A DNA stretch of 60,839 bases, the filler included, from Catajapyx aquilonaris (Eukaryota): the NCBI GenBank assembly GCA_000934665.2. It is 4 parts of 4 records of this genome, joined end to end, with 100 filler letters (N's around TTAATTAATTAA, not from the genome) between each part and the next. Parts side by side here need not be neighbours in the genome. Positions count along the whole stretch, not along the records: positions 1 to 15,136 come from JYFJ02007590.1; positions 15,237 to 30,379 come from JYFJ02007591.1; 2 more parts are not named here. One strand, given 5' to 3'. Both the position numbers and the translations under genes were made by a program. The notes under the pieces were generated by a model. It was given only the letters and a program-made list of their open reading frames with translations, was not told the origin of the DNA and ran no database searches. The stretch's first letter is position 1. Every line of letters starts with the position of its first letter. This document shows positions 13,214-25,800 of this stretch, piece by piece.

Positions 13214-13760
13214 TTGAAGGCACTTATAAATGTGCCGTAATTGATCCAGTAATGCCATTTTGATGCAACAGAGCGATGGAATGTATGTTTACAGGCATGG
13301 GCTAGCTAGTTATGAACAAAAATTCCAAATCCCAGACCAAGGCTACTTCCCCATTCCAGTAGGTCCTTTGAGTTACACTTATAGTTCAGGACCCCTTCAT
13401 ATATGTATGGATGGTGAAAAAATGACATATTTATTGGACCTGGGTAACCTGAGATATTCCATAATTACCCTGGTTGATTTTGAAATTGCAGCATCAATCC
13501 AGAAATATGGGATGTTGCTTAATCTCACACTGGGGCAGTAGGGATCATGCAGTCAGGCAACTCCCGTGTTTTTGGATATCACAAGGAATCTAAAGCCTGA
13601 GGAAGTGCACAGATTTTGCACCAACTTTTTATTTATGCAGTGTTTTTCTACAATGCAAATTGTAACAAAATGGATGGAGCATCCCATTTTAACATCCTGA
13701 AGTTTTGTTATTACCATCTTGCAGACAGTGCAATTAACAAAAGCTTCTGTTCTTTCACAG

Positions 13761-14136
13761 AGTCCATGTAGTATTTGGCAGTGTTGTATCAGGAGAGCAA
13801 ATTGTACAACAAATTGAGAATTTGCCTGTGGATCGCATGAGTCGTCCCTTACAAGATGCACGCATATCAAGTTGTGGAGAGCTGATTGTAGAACCACAAG
13901 TGAAGGGTATGATTGGAATAGAGGTGGCAAACATTGTCAATGCATACGTCTTATATGGTTATAGGAAAGGCAAGCAAAAAAAAATCTAGGAGCAGAACAT
14001 CAAGCATTAATGAATCCAATGACGAAGACAGTGAAATTGGAAGTGATGAGGAAGGTAACGAGAGCCTTGTTGAGGATGTAGAAGCAGAAAAGAAGACGTC
14101 ACCAAAGATGAAAGCAAATTCTACCACTGAAGGGAG
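13761..14136 (+). CDS. PPIG: Two exons of a PPIG/NKTR (Moca-cyp)-type cyclophilin: domain C-terminus plus K/S/E-rich tail; partial, may be a pseudogene
   Basis: Exon 13761-13906 encodes VHVVFGSVVSGEQIVQQIENLPVDRMSRPLQDARISSCGELIV. A phase-1 GT-AG intron (13907-13964) leads to exon 13965-14136, GKASKKKSRSRTSS...EDSEIGSDEE. N-terminal exons not found. Confidence 0.75.
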
Positions 14137-14401
14137 GTTAGTCATTGTCATAGTTTGGTATAAAATGTTTGTTTCAGAATTTAGCTCACATCAGCATCAG
14201 TGGAAATATTGTGGGTGCTCATTTCCCGTAGCTCCTAACACCTCACCTGTAAGTGAAGCAGCTGTTGTACAGGGTCCATTGAAAATGTTTGGTACAAATA
14301 CTCATGCAGGTAGAGGACATGATTCTGAGTCCTAGAGGCCAGTGGAATCTTGGTGAAAACCACGGCTGTAGAAGACAGGTTAGGTCACTCCCTACCCACC
14401 C

Positions 14402-14689
14402 CCTGCCGAAGGATTACGCACCGACTGCTCACTTGAGACCTCCACGAGACATTTCCCAGAGCATTTATGTGGCGACCGTACCGGACTAAGGCTGAACTTT
14501 GTAGGTACGAAAGGAAAGGGCTTGTGGGGTCCAACATGGCCGCCTGCGGCCATGTTGGGCCAGCATGTAGCGCTTCCCTCTCGTACCTATAAAGTTCAGC
14601 CTTAGTCCGGTAGGGTCGCCACATAAATGCTCTGGGAAATGTCTCGTGGAGGTCTCACGTGAGCAGTCGGTGCGTAATCCCTCGGCAGG
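14402..14689. mobile_element. Palindromic MITE-like element
   Basis: Inverted arms of ~115 bp (CCTGCCGAAGGATTACGCACCG.../...CGGTGCGTAATCCCTCGGCAGG) and a central palindrome CCAACATGGCCGC-C-TGCGGCCATGTTGG. Confidence 0.65.
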
Positions 14690-15136
14690 TGATAAGCCCA
14701 GAAGATAGGGGTAGTGTCCGTGGGCTGGTGAAAACCTATGCTTGAGGCTGTACAGCCCTGCAATTGTTAGGCATACAGATCTCAATTTTAGTGATTTTGT
14801 CCAAATGTGATGCCCCATAATGACTGATTAATGCATCATTGTCCCTGCATATTAATTAATTAATTAATTAATTACCCCTTGATAGGGCCACATGGACATC
14901 ATTTGTCACATAGATCTTTTCCTCAGACTTGGTTTATCATAAAGACATGGAATCTGTCCATTTAGCTCAGTGGTTCCCAACCTTTTACTGGTCCCCCTTT
15001 ATGATAGTCAAGGAACCTGCGACACACGCGCGCGCACACGCAACTCCCTGCGGCCCATTAGGTGTGGGGACGTGAAAAATACAACTTTTCAAAGCTAGTG
15101 TAAACTAACCTAAGGGGTCGTCCATATACCACGTGA

Positions 15137-15236
15137 NNNNNNNNNNNNNNNNNNNNNNNNNNNNNNNNNNNNNNNNNNNNTTAATTAATTAANNNNNNNN
15201 NNNNNNNNNNNNNNNNNNNNNNNNNNNNNNNNNNNN
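15137..15236. other. Artificial contig-joining spacer
   Basis: N44-TTAATTAATTAA-N44; the core has stops in all six frames. Confidence 0.97.
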
Positions 15237-17279
15237 GCTGGAAGCATCGAAATTAAAACTAGCCCCCCCCCCCCTTCCCCATCTATAATATTACACACAC
15301 GAAAAAAAGATGAGTCACTAGTTATAAAACTGGTTGTCAAAATGTTGATTAAATACTCGAACCAGGCCTACAACATGTATAACAAGATGTCAACCATAAC
15401 GTGGGGCCAGGTTTAGGCAATAAAACGGGCCCGTAAAATATGCGTCATAGTGAATGGAAAGGGAACGGGCAAAAATTATTCAGCCGGTTGATGAGCTGTC
15501 ACATAATATCTTAATTTGCAACACATTTGCATTTATATTGCAAAAAAAAATTAAAACAAACTGAAACTGTGCAGAATATTTTTGCCGGCTGCCGTACTTT
15601 GTAACTGACTAACTGATGACAAATTCAATCGTTGGTGACAACTCGGCGGTTAATGGCCATTGAATCTGGCAACCTGCTGTTTGTTGGCCATTCCTTCGTT
15701 GCCCTCAAGTACATTCCAGGGCACTGTAGAGTTTGGCAAGCGCTTCTTTATAGCTTGGACTGTCACCAGATCCGCCCACGCTTCAAACCGGGGATGAAAT
15801 TCTGCCACACTGCAAACCCTCCCCCCAACAAACCCTCCCCAATAGGGATTAATTCCCAAACAAATCGATGCCCGTCTATATACACTGTGATAAAAACCCT
15901 CGAATTAGGGAACAGAAAAAAAAGAGTGCTCTATAGGGAGAAAAAAAAACCCATGAACGGTGGACTTGAGGGCAATCAGCCACGAATCAGGGAAGCACTT
16001 TTCTCCCTTCCTCCTGCAACCTTCTTCTTCTTTTTTTTAATAATCAAAGCTCGTTTCCAGACTCTTTGTTGCCCCATAAAGCCTAGCTGGATTTATTATA
16101 GGGCCATGTTCTGATCACTACAGGGGCCCCCCTTTTTCCCCAAAAAATTGGCTAAAGGAAAATTAATCCGGAGTCTTCGGATTGATCAAAACTCACCTTT
16201 GTATATCCTATAGGAGATGAAAACAAGCGATTCGTATAGTGCACATCATCCGAGCTTTAAAATGGGACTGGGGGTATACTAAGGCCCTATTAGGGATCGT
16301 TAGGGTGTCAGATTGGCTGCGGCCGCACTTGAAACCTGCCCATCAGTCAGCTGCTGGATTTAGGAATAGGTTCTCTCTCTCTCACAGCACAAGGCCCGGA
16401 GTACATTTTAGGTGCTCAAAATGGGGGGTGATATCGAGCTAAATCAATGCAATTAAATCGCGTCTACTGCATACTGTACAAGGCTGCTTCATAAGCCGAA
16501 CAAGCTCAGAAATTCAGGAGGAAAAATGGTACCTTGTTGGACCTAAAGTTATATGGTCATATACAGTGTGAATGGAAGGGAGTCGATTCCTTTGTAAATA
16601 ATGGGGGTTTCAAATTACTGCCTGCGTAACACATATACTTATGCGGGTTAAAAATACGGTAATCAGTCAGTTGGTGAATTAAAATGTCGTGGTTTAATGG
16701 CCGGTTTTCAGACTTCGGGTACCATTAATTGTTCGGTAAATGGTAAAAGCGAACGACACAAAAAAAATATGCGGCCTGCAAAAGCTGTACAGCAATAAAC
16801 TTACAACCGTTTATTTTCTCTTTAGTTTACAGCAGCTGAGTCACTCTAATCTAGGATTATTAATTGGACCGTTATCCTTGTTATTTTTGTCAGCTAGTTA
16901 ACTGATAATTCGGGCAGTATTTCGCTAAATACATGCAGTTTTGATTGTATAGGAAATATGTCGTCCCACCGAAATAAATTTGAGCACATAAAATACATCG
17001 GTTGTTCTAAAACAATTAAGATAACGAGCTGTATGCTTCATGTAAAGTGCTTCATTGCAGCGGTATACACAACAAAAACCGGTGTATAATAAGTGCTGCA
17101 AGCGCATTACAGGTCGCATAATTGCTACTACGCAGTCATGCAGTAGCTGCTGCGGCATTTGGCAACAGCCTAAAAAAAAGAGTTTTGCAACAAAGTATTC
17201 CGCAAAATGGAAACAAAGTTAGGGGGATATGTTTCCCTGGTTCATTTCCACGGACCCAAAAATGGCCACGTGTCGTCGA

Positions 17280-18370
17280 CATGCTTTCATGTCGAGGCAA
17301 TTGCGGTACGCAATCACCCATAACGAGGGCTAATCTAACCTCAGCATAATCCAGACTATATCTACATACAACATGCAGTGCAAAATGGTGTCCATCCCAC
17401 GTGCAAAAAAAAAAAACGACATCACTCGCATTCATATTGCACCAACACTGCAGGATTTTTTGCTTCAAATCCTAGTTGCAGAACTCCCCGAGAAGACCCG
17501 CACTAACAGCAATAACTGAGACGTTATGCCATTTAAAAATAATTGAAAAATTGCAGCAGGCTCACATGTCAATATCTATTGTTGTCGGCTGCACAGCCAT
17601 CAGAGAGAGAGAGATGGGGGGAAAAAACGAGCAAGTGGAATGTGTGTATGATGTGGGTAAACACGAGGGAGTGTGTAATAAACACAAACAGCATCCGTGG
17701 ATTGGCCGGTTGCATATTCAATCAGCCCTCAACTCTTCCATATACCATCACTATCACCCCCATTGTGTGCTCATCCAATAGGACTTAAAATGATTGCCAA
17801 TTTTTTTCTGCGCGTGTGAACCAAGGCGTCATTGCAGCAACCATGGTACAAAATATTGTGACTTATTACGCAACTATTTTTTACTCCCCACCCAACATTT
17901 TGTGGTTGATGGGCGTGTGGTTGTGCAGGGGCATCTAGGTCACCACCCAGCAGCACTATACCATCCCGGAATATCTATCTGACAAGTGAAGAGCAGGCGT
18001 CGGAGAAGAGATGTGACACGTGCGTGGTGTGGAAGGGTATATAAGAAGACGTCTGGCCGGAGACAGAATGCCTGGCCGTGTAAACACGACATGTGTGAAT
18101 ATGCATGCGTGACGCCCCAGAGTGTGATGGCGAATCCCAAAGATGGTCTGGCCCACAGGAAAAATGATGGAAAATAATGAGACGGGGGTTGACATGGACA
18201 GCCAGGGATGAAAGGGAAGGATACGTCACATGGAGGGAGTCCCTTATTCAGTATGTATGTTATATTCGGTCACGTTTCATCTAGACGTGACAAGCAGCCG
18301 ACTGAAGACGACACTGCCGGAATACAATCCGTCTAACACACATGGAGGGCATTTCAACAGCAAGCTCTCC
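17280..18370 (+). pseudogene. Possible heavily degraded MULE transposase
   Basis: Frameshifted echoes, in the expected order, of QLYTIHA..NG..IP (~17350-17400), CxFHxxQ (~17795-17825) and RTNNxxEG..N.KL (~18325-18367). Confidence 0.3.
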
Positions 18371-19439
18371 CGAATGTGTGTGCAAAAATATTTCGCATAG
18401 TTTTTGGGAGCGGGGAGAGAGCTCCATCGATTTAATGTATTCGCAGATGACATTGTGGAAGCCGGATCATCAGACCATCATCATTGACGTGTTTTTGTTT
18501 CGCACATAATGAGCTGATTAGCGCGACATTGGGGGCCCCAGCATCAGAGCTTCGTACTTGCCCTGCTTATGCATCCAAGAGCAGACCAATATTCAGCACA
18601 AAATTATATGATGGGGACTGTAATTTGAGTAAAGTTTCATCATGAAATCCGGTAGCAAAAATGTTGACATTTTAAAGTTTTATTATGGAGCAAAAGTGTG
18701 GGCGTAATGCACCTTCTTCTTGTGAAACGGATAAAAAAAAGGAGCGACGTGGGTGAAGCAACACGGAGTTAAGAAGGTTAGGTTCCCAAAACACTGTATT
18801 TTCCCACGAGTATAGCCCTCATCAATCACCTTATTGCTATCGCTACCTCTTCAATCATACTAAAGTTGCCAGAACAAAATGCATTACACAAAAAGAAAGA
18901 AGGCCCCCTTTTTTATAAGGTATAGAAGGGCACACAAAGACAATGGGTCTGATATACATTTAATCGACATATCGGATCGGTTATGCCCACACCTCCCCAG
19001 TTATCCTCATGCAAAGCCAATTTTTAGACAAGAAACTAATCGTTACCAAAACTGATTCGAACACGCCCATTTCGTTGCAACCAATCTGACACTCACGGTC
19101 AGTTTGATTCTGATTGGTTTTCGCTCGATATATGCTTCAACAATATCGAGCAAAAATATCTACACTTAAATTAACCCTCTCAGTCGGGTTTTCGCAAAAT
19201 CAAGTCGCTCAGTTCTGAATTCTCCAGTTATTTATTGCCCGATTTTGGATCAAATTTAATGAGCTAAAACTGATCTAATTGAATAGGAACCTGAATTAAA
19301 GGCAATTATTAAAAATCGACCAATTTGTAAGTCCATTTGGGTCGATTTTTATAAGTACAAGAGATTACACATAGTGACTAGATTTTAGGCATAATATTTA
19401 CTCAACGCAATCAATGAAGGGGAAGCCAAAATGGAAATA

Positions 19440-19800
19440 TTTTAACCGAAAGTGCTGCGTGCCACTTCACGTCTCTTCAAAAAATATTAATTCATGTGAG
19501 ATATACAGTCCGACTTTTCAAGTATTCCGTTTTGCACATACGTTACATAAAGTGTCGCTCGACGCCATCGGGAAAAATTTAAAATTCGGATTAATCCGTC
19601 CTCAATAAACCATTGTTGAAAGCACACGCAGTTGTCAGTCCCTCATCGTCCAGATGCAGAAATCTTGCAGGTTGGATTAACCCAATTCGAACACCTGCGA
19701 AACACTTTTTCTGGATCAAACATGACGACACATGCAGCTCACTTTCCCTCCCCCAAAAAAACCAAAGTAAATAACCAACTTTTTTAAGGTGAAAACACGC
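19440..19800 (-). pseudogene. Possible degraded Tc1 transposase fragment
   Basis: The minus strand near 19565-19610 reads LLRTD*SEF*IFPDG, resembling the Tc1 motif LWTDESKF..F.SDG. The rest is unreadable. Confidence 0.25.
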
Positions 19801-22800
19801 CTTAAAAAAAAAAAAAAAGTTTTTCGCGCTTACCCATAATAATAAAATTGGGGGTAATAAAAGTGGGGAAAAAGGTTTGATCAAAAAGCATCTCCCCCCC
19901 GTATACTTTCCTCCGCCCTGAGTAAAATGTAATTGAGGATTCCGCAGCTTGGTAACCCGGCATTAAACAATAATAAGCAGCACTAAGGCTCGAGGTATAC
20001 GGCAGGTTGGGCTTCAAAAAATAAGATACCTTTAAAAAAAAAAAGTGCTACAATTTGTCGCCTCTGAAAACCAAACGGATCTTTATGAGTGTCCCATTTT
20101 TTGGGGGGTCCAAAATGACGTAAGACGAAGAGGAAAACAGACTTTGCTGCGATTTCGTTCACGGCAGTTCCGTTGACTGCTGGGGGAAATTTTTTTCTTC
20201 GGCGAATCACTTACAAACACCCTGTACAAGCCGCGGTTGAGCGACGTCCCCTGCCGCTACGCCTTGATTGAATAATTCGGCTTGAAGAAGCAACCGGGGA
20301 GGGCCAAACGCCCCTCATTTTTTTTATATAATCCGGAGGGGTTTTCTTCCCCGTATTTTTCCGGTCCCCCGCTCCCTTGATTGAGCCATCTCCGCATGTC
20401 AAATCCAGGACCACTTGAGCGTCGCATTTAGCATGTCACTTGTATCTACCTACTTGAGAAAGAAGGCAATGTCCTGCTGGGAAGCATCAAAAGCCCATAC
20501 TACTCAGATAAGTGCGAAAATTTTTGCAGTTGCAATCGGGGGCATGTTGCGCAGACAGGGTTTGTCTATTTTTACATTAGCATCTGGTCACCCACCCAGT
20601 TTATTTAACCGGAGGGTCTGTCGCGGTCACCCCAGAGGCTGCCCAGAGGGCACATTCCGGACGCCTTCTGGATCTTTTCACTGACTAAGAGTGTGGGCGG
20701 GCATTTTTTTTTTACTGTCACATTTTTCAGCCTCCTTGTACAGGGTGAGCCAGAACTGGACCAATCCACATGGCTGTGCACATGCGGCCATCCGAATTTT
20801 GACTCACCCTGTCGTTTTTTTTTTAAAAAAAAAGAGCCGGCTTATGTGTGTCGCTGTGAATCCGGGTGGGTGGCAGTGTCTCGGAGCAAAAGGCGTCTGG
20901 TTTCTCGATCACATAAAAGTCCATCGAAAACAGGCTCCCCATTAGCTTTCTGTCACCCCCACAAGGAGAAGGGGACTCTCGAGTGCTGCTTTTTGGGTTG
21001 GGTCCAGATCCGGCAAAGACTTTTTTCCCCCTGCTATGTGAGAAGAGTGATTTGCTTTGGCAGTAACTGCCGGATAAGGTGACGTTACAGATGCAGTGGA
21101 CCAGGTCATCATCCCGGGGACTGTTCAATTAATTTTGCATTTTTTAAAATATTTTTTTCATTCTCCAGACTGAGAATTTGGCGTGGTGCACACATCAAGC
21201 TGGGAACCTGATGAGATGTCCTGGTGCCATTTTAGTGACGCTTCACCAACTAATCATCGCCCGATTGTTTATCGGACCACGGGTGGGGTCCCTCTTTCCG
21301 CCAAGTTATACAGTATGTTCCAAACAGCACGTGCCATACACGACTATAAATATCCGGGCACAATAGATGGGCTTCGTGAAACATGTGAAATGGCTGGCAA
21401 CGCGATATTTGTACACTGCACGGTGAATAATGCATTATATATAAAAAGAAGCAGGTAGAGACGAAGACCTGGGGTTCACGTGACCCCAGCCCCAGGGACC
21501 AATCCGGCTGGGGGCCTCCTGCTTCTCCTTAATGGACCCAGAGAAGCTGCAAAGGGGAACCGATCTCAGCTGTCGATAGCGAACCGGTTTTCTTCTCCCG
21601 GAGAAAAGAGTCTGGACCAACCCTTACCTGGACAGCCAAAAAGGAGGCGGGGCTTGGTATGTCCAACCCGCACTAACCAGGGTTCTAAGAGTTAGTGTAG
21701 TGTAAAGCAACCCCTGCTTTTTTTTTGTGCCGACCAACAGTGTCTGGATAGCTAATAAGAACTGTGATTTCCACTCTGTCCCTCGGAGCCACCACTCTTT
21801 TCCCTTTGCCAACTAGATGTCCCGCCAGATATCGCGTGATGGGCACCAACACTACTCTCATTCAACGGAATGGACTTGGAAGGGACTCAGGGCAGGGGGG
21901 TGGGGGGTGGAAGATGAAGAAAAGAAAAGAAGAAAAAAAAGAATGAAATAACAGGCCCTCTCACCTGATGGCTGTCATCGCCTTAGAGAGAGAAAAAAAG
22001 AAAATGCATCACGTTCCTCTTTCCTTGCTCGCCCATCTTGCATCAACTCAAATTAAGATAATCTCTGATTTAACTACTTTTTATTGTTGGTACGTTTTTA
22101 CCAATATTGGTTCAAAAAAAATATTGAAGTTGGCGTCGATGCAAATTTTTTTCCCCCATAATATACCCAGCACGGTGGTTGATCAATAGACTCGATTGCA
22201 ATCTCGGCCTCGGATGTATATGTCTTCTTCCTAAATAATGCAGGATGTTTCCCTCACCGGCGCTAAAATAGTAATCGGCTCGTACTATTCCCGAACCCAT
22301 GTGTATGGTGTATATAGATAAGTGTACGGCTTGACGATGAAAGTGCAGCGACTCGGTGTCGTATTGATTCCGGTCGACACCCAATGCTTTTTTTATTCGG
22401 CTCTCATTTTTATTGGGCATAGCTTTTGTCTATATATGTCCGCTCGGGTGTGCAAAAGTTAGAGCTTTGCAAGAGTCGGCAGCGTCACGTCACACACATG
22501 CCATTACCCCACGACTATTAAACTGTAACCTGGCAGTAAAACTGTTGCGGAGTTCAAGCTCTCCACTGATATGATGGGTCGCGTTAAAAAATTTTGCGAA
22601 CTGAAACTGTTGCGATTATGATCGTTTACCAGGTTTAAATATTGTTAAGGCACTTTTTGTCCACCATAAGCTCGAACCTTATATTAGGCAAAGTAGGTCT
22701 CCTATAGTTTGCCTGGCTTTGCTGACCGGCAGGATCGATCCCCTTCGCATCAATAATTCTCCCCGTTCAATTATTATTAATCGTTTGGGCATGTTCCGCC

Positions 22801-25800
22801 CTGACGTTCGCTGCTTTCTCTTTTTTTTCTTAACTTATTGCCCTCTCTCGCCCATACTGTACCTCGCTTTTTAACCCTTAGACATGTCACCAACAATGCA
22901 GTGTTACGCAATCAACATCTATAATAGACAAAGGCTATAAAATCTGTGAGTACCGACCCTGAAATATTTAGTCCAAAGCTGTAAATTTTTATGCAAACCA
23001 TATGTTGCCCGGGCTCCCCGTTGAGGTCAGAGACTCAATCCTGCTGCCTGCCAAATTCTGCATCGGGAACTCCAGAGAGCGGAAGATGGGCCCACCCCAT
23101 CCACCCTCTCAAAAACTGGATTTTGGCCAGGTGCCCACCCCCACCTTCCTCGCAACAATTTGTCCCCATCCCCCCAGAGCTTCCTGACAGCCGAGAATAA
23201 ATCCCCGCCGTGTTATTTCCGATCGGGTTTCAGCCAGGACCTCATTTTTCACTGTTATTTTGTAAACCACTTCAGGCGCGAGGCACCACCACCATCCGAG
23301 GTCGACTTTTTCAACCCCTTCTTTTTTTTCACTCTCTTCTCGTCGGGGTCCAAAGAGGTTTTCGGAGGAGGAGGTCACCACTCAACCGTGCCAGGAATGT
23401 CCTAACCCGCTGCCACTTACGCAGCTTATGACACCCTGTAGTGCTCGGGCCATATTTCGGAATGGGTCTTCGCCGTAATTATTTACTCCAGAGAGAGAGG
23501 TGGGGGAGCAGGGCTGTCCTTTGCTGTCACCGAAGCCACGAATTAAGACTACGAGCTGAAAGACAGGTTGGCACGCCAAAAACCTTGGCAGTGTCTTGCC
23601 GACTGATCCATCTCTTTCGCATAAGGGAGGACTTCCGTCGCTTCTCAAAGACCTACTTTTTTTCATATATACATCAGCTAGGGGTGCACTTTACTTTTCC
23701 ACTAAAGTTTAACTGCGGTTTAAGTTTCAATAATGAGTTAAATTGGGATTGTGTTCTGTGGTTGGACGGCACAAACACCAGGTGTCAGATTTCAAGGAGG
23801 GGGTGATGACCAAAAGTGGGGGAGGTCAGACTACTCAACTTCCGTGGTCTGACGGTGTCTGTCACTCAACTCACCCCAACAGAGTTCCCCCCAACTTCCA
23901 CCGTCTCATGTGCCCAAAAGGTCTCCACCCACCCAAAATAGGGACAAGGGGAGAGAGGTCGAAACAGACCAAAAAGTTGACCTCCCCCCTATACACACAC
24001 GTGAGAAACCCCATTTGTGGTGTCCAGACACCGCCAAATTTAGATCAAACTAAAAGGGAGGACCAACAGATGCTGTGAATTTGGTTCCGACATACTGGAC
24101 AAAAATTACTTTTCTTTGACAGTTTTTGCTCGCGACGACTTTTCCACAATTAGAAGTCGCTGCATAGTTGCAACGCAAGCAGACCGGAAGTATCGTTAAA
24201 AAAAACATTTCGCCTTAGTGGGACCCTTGCCCATCTTGATAACAATCCCCGGCTCAACGACAACAATAAATCCGCAAAAATCAGGCCCGCCACCATTCCG
24301 CTGACAACTAAACGTCCTTGGGTAGTCATAATTTGAGTCCCATCCGCCAGTTAATTAACCAACATAATTTTTTTTCTGGTCTTGATAATTTGCGACGTCC
24401 CCCCCTTTTATTTAGCACCGGCTGGCAAAAGATTACTGGTGCTGTTTGGGCCTGTCTGTTGTCCTCGTCATCATCACGTGGAGTCAACAATAGCAACCTT
24501 TCTAGTTAGCTAAGCAGGGGTGCCACACCCACAGAATATAATCCACAGGGTGACCTCGCCTTTTTTTCTCTCTCTCGTTCTCTCTCCCCGTCAACAGAGA
24601 GCCCGATTGTTTACCCCCTTCAGCTCGCGCCGGTCGCCTGCCCCACATATGGCCCTCGGTATTGGCTTTCCTTCACATGTGAAACCTTCCCTCACACCCA
24701 ACCACACACATCCCCCCACTGGCTGCCTTCTAACTAATATATCCTTCCTTCAACTCCACACACTCACACATGGGAATCGCTGTGAGGTTCTTAAAACGCA
24801 CGTGGCCTTGCGGAAAACGGGCTAGGGTGACAGCCCTTGATGGGATTTGCAGGTTTTTGGGAGATGAAGGGTCAGCCTGCACACACACACTGTCCCCCGA
24901 AATACTTCTCGGATTTTGCAATCACTCTATACAGGGTGGTCCAAAATTGCGACGAAAAGGTTAGACTACACGTAGAGGACAACATTCTGAATCGAAAAGT
25001 CATCTTGCATTTTGTCGTCAAAATTACTGCTGAGGACATACAGCCCTGCAAAGTTGGAGTCAAAATGTGCAAAGTAGCGATTTTGATATGCGGCTATTTT
25101 GGTAAGCAGTGATTTTGCGGGTATTAAAGGAGTGAAAAATGGCCCGTGATTACGAATCAATATTGACGCGAATATTACAGATCGTAATAAAAGTCGGTAA
25201 AATACTTAATAGTGGCTAAATATCAAGTTGTAATATTATCAAGCAGAATGTGCAGTTCCGTTTAATATGTGTGACGTCATAATAAGTACGATCGTCGCTA
25301 GCCTTTTATCAACGTCATTCCCACAGTTGAATGGCTCTCTCTCAGAATCCAATACTATAGCCTACTATCGGGGAAAAAATATTTCACAAACGCGAGTCGT
25401 TTTCTCACGTGCCAAGTACTATGGGCCTACTACATACGTATACAGTACAGTGCACTAACATGAACCTTACATAAACCCCGTAAGAGCTGGAGGGCCTGGC
25501 CAGATATTTCATTAGGTATTTCAGTGCACTGCCTGCTGCACACTACAGCTTTAATTTCTGGAGAAAACTTTCCAATCCGTGGCCTCCCCGTGATAATAAT
25601 TCTTGCCAATTTTTTTCCCATCCCTCCTCCTCCTCTCCCCTCCCCTGCCTCAGCCACGATGAGAAGCAGGGTCTGCAGGCAAAATCTGCAGTCTGCGAAA
25701 CGCCACCAAAGACCCAAACTTGCCAGCAGTCTCCGATGCCTGCATTTGAAGGGATATAAGGAAAATCTGCATTTATAAAAAAAAAAGAGAGAAAATTTCA

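Noticed and set aside
13636..13725. NANCNKMDGASHFNILKFCYYHLAD aligns in register with cyclophilin [25 protein letters not shown]
   Set aside because: It cannot be joined in frame to the VHVVFG exon (35 nt apart, no phase-compatible intron) and identity is low; chance or a very decayed relic.
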